Shown here piece after piece: positions 12,176 to 25,214 of a DNA stretch of 56,771 nucleotides; position 1 is the stretch's first letter, and each line of letters starts with the position of its first letter. A program made the translations under genes and the position numbers. Source of the stretch: Pocillopora damicornis (lineage: Eukaryota); the NCBI RefSeq assembly GCF_003704095.1, contig NW_020847569.1, positions 992,001 to 1,048,771 on the forward strand, in the 5' to 3' direction. The notes under the pieces are model-generated. The model had not been told where the DNA came from. It searched no databases and saw only the letters and a program-made list of their open reading frames with translations.

Positions 12176-12880
12176 TCCGTCATAAAAAATAATGACTTTG
12201 TCCAAATCTTAAATGCTATTTCAGTTATTCATTAAGTTACTTCTTTATTTAATTAGTTTATATTTTTATCGTTTTGTATGCATTCTCTTTTACTTGAACA
12301 CATCTGCGACGTAATACTATTCCTAGAAAAGGGGGAAGTTTTGCCACATTGACGTCAATGACATTGGCAAGAGCTAAGGGTGTTGAGCTGCATAACTTAG
12401 AGACGACATGACTCTATAACTGTAGAGAAGAACGTTACTAACCTGCATAACAGCGACTTAAACAAGGAAAACAGCTGCAAAACCAGGATTTTCATTGGTC
12501 ACTTTCTAGCTTAACGCTGAATCATCTCAAGGAAAAAGAGAAAAAAAACATTTCGATACTGATTTGTCGAGAGATATTTCTAGATTCCTAGAAATAAATT
12601 TATGCAGATTTCTTCCACGAACCCGTTAGCTGTAGCGTCACACAAGGTGAGCAATGGGTTTACCACAGTTACCGGTCGCTGTGTTCCTAAGAAAGGCCTT
12701 CATTCGTTAAATCTAGTTCAAGTCAACAATTTCACAAGCTGAATATTACCCCAAATGATGTAAACAAAACAATTACTGCGTCTCAATTTATCGCTGGATT
12801 TTATGCACTGCTCTTCTACCTCGTCCTTCTTATCTTGAGTATACTTGACGTTTGTTTCAGAGCATATGTCCAGATGTTTT
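12176..12880 (+). pseudogene. Truncated duplicate of the paralog A upstream region and 5' exon 1 (source ~7945-8700)
   Basis: Near-identical to 7945-8700. A ~52 bp deletion removes the ATG (tcaac|aatttcac), and homology stops after atgtttt. Confidence 0.9.
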
Positions 12881-13830
12881 ATATAATTAATATTAATACG
12901 ACACGAATGTTTGACTTCGACGCTTAAATAGTCCGGCCATAGTTGATCTAGAATGTCTGCCACCAAATTAAGCGTAGGTGTCGATTAAAATATTTTGATT
13001 TAAGTTGGATGACAGTTATTGACTTCCCACTCTGACGGATTTCGCTAGACGGATTTCTTGCGAACATGGCGGAAACGTCGATGAGCAGCTTACTTTCAAC
13101 TATATAGTTGTAATGGTTAAAAGTTGGAAACGTTTGAGGAAGAACCATTCGCCAGCTCTACTTTACCCTCCTCCCTTCTCCCTCGTATGCCAACGTTCGA
13201 TGGTAAATCAGACCATCAGAAAACAAGGTTAGCCACGATGCTATTGCGAATCCAAAATACCACGTTAAAATTGTTCTGATCAATGTGAGAAAGCTTTGAA
13301 CGAATATGACTGTGTAATGCTGGTTGGTTGGTGCTCGAACAGATAAACTCCTGCTTCGGCCAATACCTCATTGATCATTGCTTTTTATCCTATCTTCCTC
13401 CTTCACACCCTCTCATGCGTGACAGAGACGTTACTTCACTGTAATCCAAAATAGTGCATGAGACAAGTGATCCATGCGTGTATCCCACTGGCGAGAGGTT
13501 GCTGTGTAATAATATTTGAACAGGCTTTTCATTAAGGCAAACAGTTAGGTCGGTATACGCGACAACCTCTTCATTCAAACTTTAATCGGTTGGTATCCTC
13601 TTTGGGCTTATATTCGGGCTAACGGCTAGAGATAATCAACAACAGGATAATGAATTTAATTATATGACTAGAAGCGTGACTTAAGGTAACAAATTCCTAG
13701 ACAGAAATTTGACCAACTTCCCCGGAAGCATCATTTAAGAGAGTACCACGAACGAACAATAGCTAACTTCCTTCGATTCTTGAGCATCTTGGAATCACTT
13801 TCCAAGAAACTGGAAACTTTCATAGCTAAG

Positions 13831-16800
13831 ATGACTCTGACACTCACCTGCAGTGAGCATGAAGGCCTTGGTGAAGACGAACTTTCTGTTATTACAAACC
13901 TTAGTATGGTAAACAAGACAACAATTGCATCCCAAGTTATTGCTGCAAGTTTCTCTGCACTCTTCTACTGGCTGATATTCTTCCTTGGAATTCTTGGCGT
14001 TTTCTACAAGCCATGTGCCAAACTATCTTCGTCCAGAGGTACTTTATTCATATTTTTTGTAGGAGCACTTGTGATCGTTGTTAATATACTTCAAAGTGCA
14101 ACTAATACTGAAAATGACCTGCAGGTCAGACAATACTACCGGCTTTCCACGATCCCTCTGATTGGAATAATATTCATTCTCATCGGTGTTAAAATGTTTT
14201 TTCGTGTACCAGACGATGAAATTGTCCGTCAAGCGACTCTGGGTCGACACCAGCCTTCCATGGGTTTGGTAGTTTCTTTATTAACAGTTCCTCTGATGGT
14301 TATTGAGATCGTGCTGCTATGTGCGTCTCTGAGTAACAGGAAAATAGACAAGGATAAGAGGAGCTTGACAAAAATACCATGGCTCTTTACTATCATAGAT
14401 AAGATTATTTTCCTTCTTCAGAAGGTTACTCAAGCAGGTGCGTATCTCTATCTGCGGAACACTATCATACGCCAGGGACGCGAAGAAAATGTTGAGTTTT
14501 ATTTTAGGTTGCTGTCCTTCTTCAACTTCATCCAATGGATAGATACTCAGGTAAACACAGAGAATGACATACACCTAAGCGGAATCAAGGGAGACCTGGG
14601 CAGTTTGTCTGATGTATTTACGAGTTTATACGAAGCACTAATAATAGACTATCGTCTAATGTGTGCGTTGCTATTTCTTGAACATTCGTTCGAGGTTCAA
14701 AATGAAGGCAGCGCGAACAATTCCACGTATCAACAACAGGATAACTTGAGCCATTCCGGGGCTCAATATCAAGTGGACCCAAACGATTCCATCGAAGTTG
14801 CCAGTCACGGAAGCGCGAGTAATTCCGCTGATCAAGAACAAGATGATTTGAACCATTCCATAGTTCAGGGTCAAGGCGACCGGAGTAATTCAGAAGATGC
14901 TCGAGTTCAAGCTGTAGAGCCTCGCAACCAAATAAGAAGAGGCTTTGGATATGCGCTTGGTTCTTTATGTTTGATCCCCCCTGTACTCTGTGGTCTTCAA
15001 GTTGTGAATACATTTAAGATTGGATCGTGGGTAGCTATATTTGCCATTATCGTCAACTTCTTTATTGTTTTCTGCGGTGCCAGTCTCCTTCACCACAACT
15101 ATTTGGATGACGATGGACAAGCGAAATCAAATGGAGTAAAAATAATGGTAGGAATAAAATTTGTATTGGTGATCTAATAGGGTAAATTAATTCATCAAAT
15201 ATGACCCGTAAGGCCCCGCTCGGCCGAACGGGTTGACGTGAGCTTGTCTGGGAAAAGCCGTCCGGCCCTATATACGGCTTTATTTTTTTGCAAAAACTGA
15301 AAAGAAAAAATAAAAAAATAAAAAACAAAAACAAAAACAAAAAAAGAGCGCGTTTCGATGAATTCTAAGTTTCTTCTGACTCTAAAAAAGGCAAAGTATA
15401 AGTTTTCACTGTAGAATCTATTTTTGTGGTTGTCCCGCGTGCGCCCGTCTATAGCGTTCAGGTCGAAACAAAATTTTCGAAGTGGTCATATGATAACATC
15501 CTTATTGATTGGGTCTGGCCGGGCCGGACGGGAAAATATTTGGCTTGAGGTCTAGGCGCGTCTGTCAATAAGTACATAGCATTATTATGCGGCCGTTCCC
15601 CAAAAAGACTGGAAACAACCAAATTGAAGGATTTGATTGGCTGAAATCGAGATTGGCCACGGTCTAGATTTTCCCGTCCAGCCCGAAATCTACACAGGTA
15701 CAGACTAATTGTATCATTTTCAACAATTTAAGCAAACGTTCGCAAACTTAAATCCAGCGAAAGAAGTTATGAGCATAGAAAGAAGTCAAAATTGCAAAGT
15801 TTCTAAAGCGCGGTTTCAAGCGAGGTTTCCAGGTGTAAGTACGTTCAATTCGAAAACAAAATCAAGTCAGTGCTTCCGCATCACCATCAGTCATCAGCAG
15901 ACACAGTTTTATGCTTCGTAATTAACATTTCTTCTTTTTTCCATAGGTTTGTCTTTTAGGCGCAGTTGGTTTTGTTTGCTGGATGTTGGAGGCCGCTATC
16001 TTTTCCTTTTGGGCTTCTCCTGAATCAGAAGTCCCGCTCCACCGATCATGCATTCTTTGGGAAGCCTTAAAATATTTCGTGCGCAGTTTAACGACGGCAT
16101 TTCTCATTTTCTTATTCATAAATATAGACGCCCGCACTTTTTCATACCAGACGAGCAGCAAAAATCACTTTCTTGTACCTGCTGTGATGTTGGGAGTTTT
16201 CTCTATGTTCGGCGAGGGCTTGATTGATCAGAAAGTTGGACCACTGGATCAACTCCTAAGGTTCGTAACGGCCTCCCTTTCTACCATTAAGAAGATTATA
16301 GTAGCAAAGATAACAACAGATCTTTAAAAAATCAAGAGGCCGCCTTATGGTCGTGTGGGGTTCAAATGAACGAAAACTAGCGTCCAATTAATTGAATGTT
16401 AAATTTAGCGTTTTACTCTTCATGATAATCTCACTCCACTGTCGTTGTCACCGCGAAGTCTCCCTCTTGAAACAGAATTGACGCGCTTACACATTGGCCA
16501 TGTTACAATGTTATTAACGATCTTTTGAAATACTCCTTAAATTTCGAGACAGAGCAGCACAGAAACTCCTTATGACATTCTGTAACCTATTTCGAGAGTG
16601 ATTAACCAGGCGGAGGACTGGAGTGAAAGTGTAAAGTGTTTAACACAGTAATACTTATCAGCGATGTTTTTTTGATAATTTAACCCTGAACGTATTTCTT
16701 TCTTAGGAGTACAATCAAGAATGACAGCCTGAGAATTCTGATTGAGGCAGGTCCGCCACTGTACCTTGGGTTCCTTATTCACGTGTTTCTCTATTTCATA

Positions 16801-16863
16801 ATTATAGCAGGTCCAGATAACAGGGATAACGTAGCGATACATCGGGAAACAAGAGAGCATTAG
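13831..16863 (+). CDS. Otopetrin-like ~13-TM protein, paralog B, 595 aa; exons 13831-15147, 15947-16260, 16707-16863
   Basis: Same intron positions and phases as paralog A. Motifs QKVTQ, FFNFIQW, LIIDYRLMC and PPLYLGFLIH. Confidence 0.85.
14692..14895 (+). repeat. In-frame 102-bp tandem duplication (2 x 34 aa) in paralog B
   Basis: EVQNEGSANNSTYQQQDNLSHSGAQYQVDPNDSI / EVASHGSASNSADQEQDDLNHSIVQGQGDRSNSE. Confidence 0.8.
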
Positions 16864-17898
16864 CCTCTCTTGACCAGCTCATCCAACCTTCCCGTTGACG
16901 ATAATCCTGATGGCGCTCACTAATATGGCTTTAAATGCTTCCGTATTACGACCATCCTGGTAGCACATCAAATAAGCGGTCATCTTAGTTTATGGGGCAT
17001 TAGCAACATGAAGTTCGTCTTGTTATCAAAAGCAATGGTTATGTTCATGTTACCTTTCTTGGGAGGTCGTAGAAATGATTTTAAATGGACAGCAGAATAG
17101 GTAATACTAGATGAGGTAGGAGATCGAACAAGTAACTCTATTGAGTTTTTGCAGTAGCGAGAGATTCTGGCAGCGACATTTCTTTTTTTAGTCGTTACAA
17201 AAGCTTCTGTAAAGGTATACTTATCATACAACACAGACTGGTAAAATAAGCTCATTAAGTACATATTTCAACTATTACATATTGCAAGTATTATCTCTTT
17301 GGAGATAACAAGCAAGTGAGGAACTACATTCCAAAAAAAAGTGAAAAAAAGGGAGTGAACGTAGATAGTAGGTTTTCGTTATAAGGTACATAAGGAACTA
17401 CTTAGAAAAGAGATTTCCAAATCTTGCTATAGCGAGCATTCCACTAGTAATACGCAGCGACAACATCGACATGCAAACCGATTTTAATGGAAAACTACTT
17501 TTAAAACCTAAGATTGAAAACAGAATTCAAGAAATACATATTGTGCGAAACGAGAAACAGGAACCAAGGACAGTGGCTTGTGGTTCCACAGGTAGTTACA
17601 ATTTCCAGACATGAGCAAACATAGTCATATTGATGCAAGTTGACCAATATTTCTTGACTTAACTTCCTCTTCAAAAAGATAGAAAATTTTAATTAATTCT
17701 ATAACTGGCCATGGACTCATTGTTATTCTGTATTCAACTTGCATTCACTCTCGCGGTTCTGCATGGTCATATTTCATAAATTGTGCAGTTTATGCAATGT
17801 TATCGGCTCTCCCATTCTACGTTGCAAGGTTCCCTCGGTATTCATTTAAAACATCGGAGAAGTTATTTAATAAAGTATCGTATGAGGGTCCGGTAGCG

Positions 17899-17934
<36 letters not shown>

Positions 17935-18295
17935 GAAAGGGTTTTTCGCTGGTTTTTTAAACTACCCTTTCCAAATCCTTTTGTCACTATCGGGAAAAAG
18001 TTCCAGTAAGCTTTTCGTTCTCGAAAACATTCATTGCCTATTTTTTATCGATATAACGGTTGATAAACGTGAAGCTCAGGAATTTGCACTTTTCCGACGA
18101 TAACTAATAGATTTATTCAAATATCGACTCACAGACATAACATGACCCCACGCGTCATCTTCATTATTTGGTTGGTGTGTTCCGTTGACCAATACTAATT
18201 CTTTGTGGACGTGACCGGAAGCACGGAGTATTTGCATTTTGAAGTGAAGTCGATTCCGTGACGGACTGCCGAATGCCTAAGGACAAATTGAGAAG

Positions 18296-20948
18296 ATGAC
18301 TTTGTACATCGTCTTCCTCGGTGTTCTCCTCGGGTTAGTGCAGAATTCAAACACAAAAGTTTTCACGGCAGACCTCGACAAACGCTTGAATCGAGAACGT
18401 AGGGATATACACAATGCAGAGTTGATTCCTTTAAGTTTGCTTATAACATCGAAAATATCTTCACGCTTTGCGAACACGCTTGTAACAAGTAAGTTGCAAA
18501 ACAAATCTCCCAACAATCGTGAGGCTAAGTTTGTCGTCCACCTCCCGGAAACAGCTTTTATCTCCAACTTCTCGATGGTAGTGAATGGAAAACATTTCAT
18601 TGCGCGTGTGAAGGAAAAGAACGTAGCGAAAACGGAATACGAGAAAGCCAAGAACAACAACCTAAACACAGGCCTTGTGAGTTCCACTAAATCTCAACAG
18701 GCTTTGCGAGGAATGGACGTGTTTGAAATTGCAATTAATATAGCGCCAAACAGTACTGCTGTGTTTCATCTTAACTATCAACAGTTGCTTATAAGGCGAA
18801 AAGGATTCTACGAAGAAACAATCAGCATTCGTCCAAAACAGATTGTTCCCGTTTTAAATGTTAATGTCGACATCGAAGAACCGCAAGACTTGTCTCTCGT
18901 AGAGGTCATGAAAATTCGCAAAGATCCAAGCGATGTACTGGAGAAGGGAAATCCATCAGCAGTGGTGACTCAAACATCGCCGACGTCGGCGCGTATAACA
19001 TACAGTCCAAGTGAAACCGAACAGAGACAACATGGAAATGCGGGGGTTGATGGCGATTTCATTATACGGTAAGAAATTTCGTTGTTATTCGATTTTATCG
19101 AATTCTGTAGACTTATTACTCGTAATCTATTTTTAGGACCTTCCTAATGTCAGTTTTTCCCGTTTTCTCTGAATTCCTTCAGAAACCAAAGATTTGACAG
19201 TTGCAGACCTATTCAGCAATTGAAATCTTGTATTGGTTTTTTTAAAACAGAAGATGGAACTTTCATTGAAACTGCTTCTTTAGACGACACGCTTTGCATT
19301 GTTTCATTCAGAAGGTTCACGAGAAAATGATTCAAGGAGGCGAGCAGCGCAACAAGATCGAACAAAATAATGCTTTTGTACCCAATGAAAACGATTCGGG
19401 GCAATTTTTTGCGGTTGCTTCATAGAGCACAAGTATCGTCATTCTCTCCTCAAACCCTTTAACTCCTAAGAGTGACATGCATCTAATTTCTCCATACAAT
19501 ATAACCAATGAATCAAACATAAAGGTAGCAAGAATAAAGGAAATGATCACCAGCTAAAGGAACTCGTGATGTTAAACAAATTCTCCGGCTTGTCAGCACC
19601 TTAGAAAATGTGTAGGGAACAGTATGGAAAATATGCATACTGCATTATAGTTACTATAGTTTTCTTTCCTCATGGCAGGTACAACGTTCATCACAAAAAT
19701 AATGCCGGAGTAATCCAAGTGCTTGACTCCTTTTTCGTTCAGTATTTCTCTCCCAGTGGTTTAAATCCATTGCCAAAAAACGTGGTCTTCGTCATCGACA
19801 TCAGTGGTTCAATGGAAGGTCAAAAGATTGAGCAAACGCGCCAAGCCATGTTAGCTATCCTCGACCAGCTTCGCGCAGACGATTCATTTAACATCGTCCT
19901 ATTTAATGGTGATACGGTAAAGTGGAGACCTTCAACCTCGCTCGCAACTAGTGACAATATTCAAGCTGGTAAAAACTTTGTCGAACAAAACGTGAACGCA
20001 GGAGGCAGTACCAACATCAACGAAGCTCTTCTTTTGGCTCTAAACCTCCTTGGAGATATAGCTCGTCAGGGGGATTCGTTCGCTGCAAGCAATTTTCCGA
20101 TTGTACTGTTTCTGACAGATGGTGAGCCAACCGAGGGGGTTGTCGACGGTCAGCAGATCCGTGCTAACATTCTTAAGGCGAATACGTTAAAAGCTTCCAT
20201 ATTTTCTCTAGGATTTGGCTTTAACCTAAATATGAATTTGCTTACTGCGCTATCAGCTGAAAATGGAGGTAAAGCTCGTCGAATCTATCTAGCTAAGGAC
20301 GCTGCGAGTCAACTAGAAGGATTTTTTGACGAGATCAGCACGCCTCTGTTGGTGCGAGTTCGATTCGAGTATCCTCAGGACATGGTAGATAACACACAAG
20401 TCACAGCTACAGAATTTTCTCAGTATAACGATGGATCGGAGCTTGTTGTGTCTGGAAAGCTTAAGGAAGGACTCAGTGATTCAAGGCTGATGCCTGTTAA
20501 TATTCGGGGTATCTCTAGCATCAAACCCGTCTTTTATACTCTGACACACACTCTCCAAAACCTAACCGTCTCACCAGATGAGGTGTTAGTCAAAGACTTT
20601 CCTGAGAGGCTGTGGGCTTACATGAAAATTAAGGAGCTGTTACTCGATCTCCTGATAACGGAAAATTTAGAGGAAAAGGCTCGGCTGAAATCAGAAGCGC
20701 TGAATATTTCATTGAAGTACAACTTCGTTACGCCGCTCACATCCTTCGTAGTTGTTGAGTCAGATTCTTTTTTAAAAGATGAGAACTCTCATGTACAAGG
20801 TGGATCGGTTTTCAACGGTAAAGGAGTCAACTCGTACGACTTACGCGCATCAGCTGCATGCAAACCTCCGTCCGTTGAGTTGTTAATTTTTGTTATGACC
20901 TTGTTTTTAGTGCGATATTCGTTCGTAAGTCTTCACTGCATAGCATAA
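18296..20948 (+). CDS. Inter-alpha-trypsin inhibitor heavy chain-like protein (VIT + vWA), 680 aa; exons 18296-19068, 19679-20948
   Basis: Signal peptide, RERR basic site and VIT domain (SKISSRFANT...LPETAFISNFSM). The splice joins GDFII-R-YNV. vWA MIDAS DISGS...T...FLTDG, then ERLWAY and FVTPLTS, then a hydrophobic C-terminal tail. Confidence 0.9.
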
Positions 20949-21689
20949 CATGGAGATTATTTTATTTATAGCATAACAAGGAGATTACTTATTTTCAATG
21001 CTGCTTGCGTAGTGTTCGTTACTGCGAAGATCACTTTCATGTTCATTTCTTCATCTGCAGTTCATACTTTCGATTATCACATATTCACAACCATTTATGA
21101 CTTCTGATGTTGTTACAGCTTTTATTGTGCAGCTTTGAGCGTATGCTCTTTATTCTAATAATAGGACTGATGAAACTGCATTACGCAAGTTGAGCGTAAG
21201 CGTCGAAAACGTTAACCATTGATAATAATGAACACATACTTCTAGTATCCTTATATAAAATGCGACGAACTCACTGACTGTTATCCCTTCACTGATTTGT
21301 GCTTCCTAATGATCGATAGAAAGAAGGAGTAGATGAAAGCTTAATTTACTGCCATCCCTAGGTGTGTTTAAAGTATTAACACTTTAAAAAAAAAAACTAT
21401 TAACACTCCATGGCTACCACATGCGGCAATTTTTCAATTTTTAATTAGGCCAGCCTCTAAACCAGGCCTTAACAGCAAAGTCTTTCCTCTACGCATAACG
21501 ATCCATAATTGCCACTTTCAGGCTCAGGATGCATCAAGGCTCCAAAACTAGAACAAGCAATGAATCAAACAATATTTGGCCTCGCAACCAATACAGATGC
21601 AGCTTTCAACTCACATCTTGTTAGCTTCGGAAACAAAGGTGATATGATTTCTAACTCAGTAGTTGATCGCATAAGTTCAGCCTCTTCTG

Positions 21690-24600
21690 TTAATCTAATG
21701 GAATATGTAAGATTGGCCCTGGTGCGCAGTACCGAAGTCCTTTTGCAAGTACCATAAAGTAGAGAGCAACATGAATAAGAAATCCCAGGTACATTGGCAG
21801 ACCTGCCTCAAAGAGGAATACCAGGGTTTGATCTTGTATTTCACACCTAAGGAAATAAAATTTTTAGAAAAAACAAAGCTTAGAAGTAAATTTCCATGAC
21901 TAACTACCACTACAAGGCAAACCTACAAAGGGGGTGCCTTTCCTAACCACATCTGGAGAGTTATTTCCTAAAGGACTTTTATAAGGAGACAAATGCAGGG
22001 TAACCTATTTTAAATGGAAATGCTTGAGACCTAAAACCAAGGCTGATAAACTTTGCATCATTCATCAGCTCACTTCATCATGTGTTCCAAAAGCATTTCA
22101 GTGTTCAAGAACTTAGAACTTGCCATTCAATTTCAAACAGTGAAGAAAGTTTACAACATCGCGCAGAGTGCCGCGAAATATCCGGGACTTATTTAGACTT
22201 ACCGGCGGTAAATTTAAAAATGAATTGGCGGAGCGCGCGCCAAAGAATAGAGAAAATGGCCTGAGGACGGCAGGATGTATAACTTGCATTGCATGCGTAA
22301 TATTGAAAATAAATGTATATTTATCTTTAGCGAGAAACCAAATGCTTTCAGGTACACTTTTGAATGAAAAGGAACTCCCATGCTAAGAATATAATTGTTC
22401 GGCCTACCTGAGATATTGGTGTACCCATCCAACCTTCTGGTCAATTAAGCCCTCGATAAACATGGATATTACCCCAAACATCACAATAGGTACCAGAGTA
22501 AAGTTTCCACTTTTGGTCGGGTTATTCGAGGGAAAAGCTCGAACGTTTATTTTCATGAACAAGACAATGAGAAATGCTGTCGTTACACTGCGTACAGCAA
22601 ACTTTGCGGTAGTCCAAGGAATGTCCTGGGGTGCCACACCCTGAATGCCGCTTCTGTTTTTTACTGCCCAAAAACAAGCAATGGCCGCCTCCATAAGCCA
22701 GCATGTAAATCCCACAGCACCCAAGCAACAAACCTATGGATGAAAAAAGTAATAATTTATATTAATTAAAAGTTATGATACCGACAGCGATAATGACGAT
22801 GATTGTGACTACTATGACAACTTGTAAGCGGTAAACGAATTATTAGTCTACCTTCTGGTATTTTCGAAGAGTCCATTAGACAGTTCAAGTTGTCCTCTTC
22901 CAGAAAAATAGCACAAATCTCGTTCTTCAATTTACTCGGGAGCCGCAGCACCGAGGGGAATTAAAGAACCGTACTGGAAGATTATTTCGCGCATCTTGAC
23001 ACGAACATTACTAGTAGATATCATGAATGGATATCGACCTTAAGGGGGGAGTCTGGTTGAAATTTTGAGTTAAATTGTGAACTCGGTCAAATTTTTTNNN
23101 NNNNNNNNNNNNNNNNNNNNNNNNNNNNNNNNNNNNNNNNNNNNNNNNNNNNNNNNNNNNNNNNNNNNNNNNNNNNNNNNNNNNNNNNNNNNNNNNNTTT
23201 AAATTGATTTATGATTGTTTTGTTTAATGGATGTTTCACCACTGATTTTGCTTTCAAAATTTTTACGCAGCATTTTTCTCAAAAAGACATTTTTACGGAG
23301 TTTTTGGATTCCCCCCTAGACTTTTTTCATTTGCTTTTATCCATTTTCTTCCAAATTTGGCTCAGTTACATATGAAAGGCTGCTCTACAAACCTGTTGAG
23401 CCTTTTTTCTTTTTGATTAATTCTGTTGAAGTTATTCCAGGTTAAACTCTTTACAAAAGTATGCTGTTGCTATGACAACACAATTTGGTGAAAACCAAAA
23501 TTGCTCAATAGGTTTGTAGGAGAGTTTGTGTAGTGTTATTGTGTGAAATATTATGCTTACTGTATTACTAGAACAGAAAAAAAAGTAGGGGGGCATGAAA
23601 TTAGTGAGAATTAGCCTCCATGATGAATTTGGTAAATATTTAACCGTAAATTTGCTTATTATGGTCTGCGAACCATATGCCACATTAGGTTGTGGGTTAG
23701 TCTATTTGCATGCAAAATTTTATGGTGATACATTAAATAGCTGGAGTTTTATAATCTCTACAATCTATTACAAATTTGGGCCCAAAATGTAACCAGACTC
23801 CCCACGGTGGAACGTGTGGAGACGTGAAGAGTCTGAATGTAGATGGTGAATATGATCCTGGAAGCTTCAATCGTATCCTGAGTGGGCTGTGTGGGTGGGA
23901 AAAGGTTGTTAAGTCAGATGGGCTCAGGATCGGGGTCATTTACAGAAGTTTCTTTGAAGTCTTCCTCTTTTAAATTTTTTAGGAAACTGGCTTCGTGTAC
24001 TGCATCCAAATAGAGGCTTAAAGGAGGCTAAAATAATTACTTGAGATAAAGCTTACATTGCCAAGACTTACCATGATTTTGACTCCTTGTGATTCTCTGT
24101 GTTGAATGGGATCAGCATCCAAGTTGTTATTGAACAGGAGACACCCTCCACAAATGACAATTACCAAGTTGACGGTAATAACAAGTGTATTGACCCTTGC
24201 ATCCAGATTAAAAGCACCAGCATCATATAATGCACAGAATATGGGAGCAATGAGGCATACACAGCCAACACTATATCCAAAACATGTTCTTAGTCCAACA
24301 TCTTGGTTATTTCCTCCATAATTATTCTCTTCAGCTGGGCCGTCTTGATTTTGAACTTCCGCCGAATGTTCAAGGAATAGTAATGAACACAATAAGCGAT
24401 AATCTATGATCAATGCTTGGTACAAAACTGTCACAAAATTGAACCAGCCATCGAGTTCTTTCCTGATTCCACTCAAACCAACGTCTCTTTCTACGTTTAC
24501 TTGTGAGTCTATCCACTCGATGAAGTTAAAAAAAGACAATAATCTAAAATAAAATCGGGCTTTCTCTTCGGAGTCTTGGCGTATTCTTGTTTTGCGCAGA

Positions 24601-25214
24601 CATAGATAGAAAAGAGCTTGGAAAATCTTTTGAGCAAGGAATAGAGACTTTTCAGTCTTGAGCAAGAGCCATTCAACAGGTGTCAAGTGTTCATTTATTT
24701 TGTCTGTTGATATAGAATTAAAAGTCGCGATAAGAAGTACGATCTCAATGCCAACCAGAGGAACTGTTATTATGGAAACCACCAAGCCCATCGAGGGCTG
24801 TTGTCTTCCCAAAGTTGGTCGATTTTCCCCCGGAGGAAGTTCTCTGGAGAACAGAGTGACGCCAAAGAACAAAAATATAATTCCAATGAGAGGTACCGTG
24901 AAAAGCCGGAAGTTCAATGCTACATAGAGATTGTTTCTAGTTGTGATTACATTTATACAGGCAAATAAACCCCCCACAAAAAATACGAAAAGTGTTCCAT
25001 GTGAAGAAGAAATTCTGACAAAGCGCTCGATACAAATGACGAGAATGCCCTGGAAGAACATCACCAAATAGAAGACCGCAGCAAAACTTGCGGAGATGAC
25101 TTGAGATGCCTTTGCTACCGAATTCTTGTCGCTTTCGGTGACATTACCACACACATTGAGCTTCCCCGATGTTAATTCTGTTCCTTGAGCAATACTGACA
25201 AGCGGGAAAGACAT
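21690..25214 (-). CDS. Otopetrin-like ~13-TM protein, paralog C, 541 aa; exons 25214-24072, 22733-22408, 21846-21690
   Basis: Same intron positions and phases. Motifs QKIFQ, FFNFIEW, LIIDYRLLC and LPMYLGFLIH. Confidence 0.85.
23044..23803. mobile_element. Non-autonomous DNA transposon (Kolobok-like, TTAA at left end) in paralog C intron 1; contains an N-gap
   Basis: Inverted termini ttaa-ggggggagtctggtt ... aaccagactcccc. Confidence 0.6.

Noticed and set aside
17901-17931. 31-nt poly-T upstream of the ITIH-like gene as a retrocopy tail
   Set aside because: No associated retro-sequence or target-site duplication is visible; simple homopolymer.
24072-25214. Exon 1 alone as a 7-TM GPCR (glycosylated N-terminus, DYR resembling DRY)
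   Set aside because: DYR lies in helix 7 rather than helix 3, there is no NPxxY or CWxP, and the spliced protein continues to ~13 TM.
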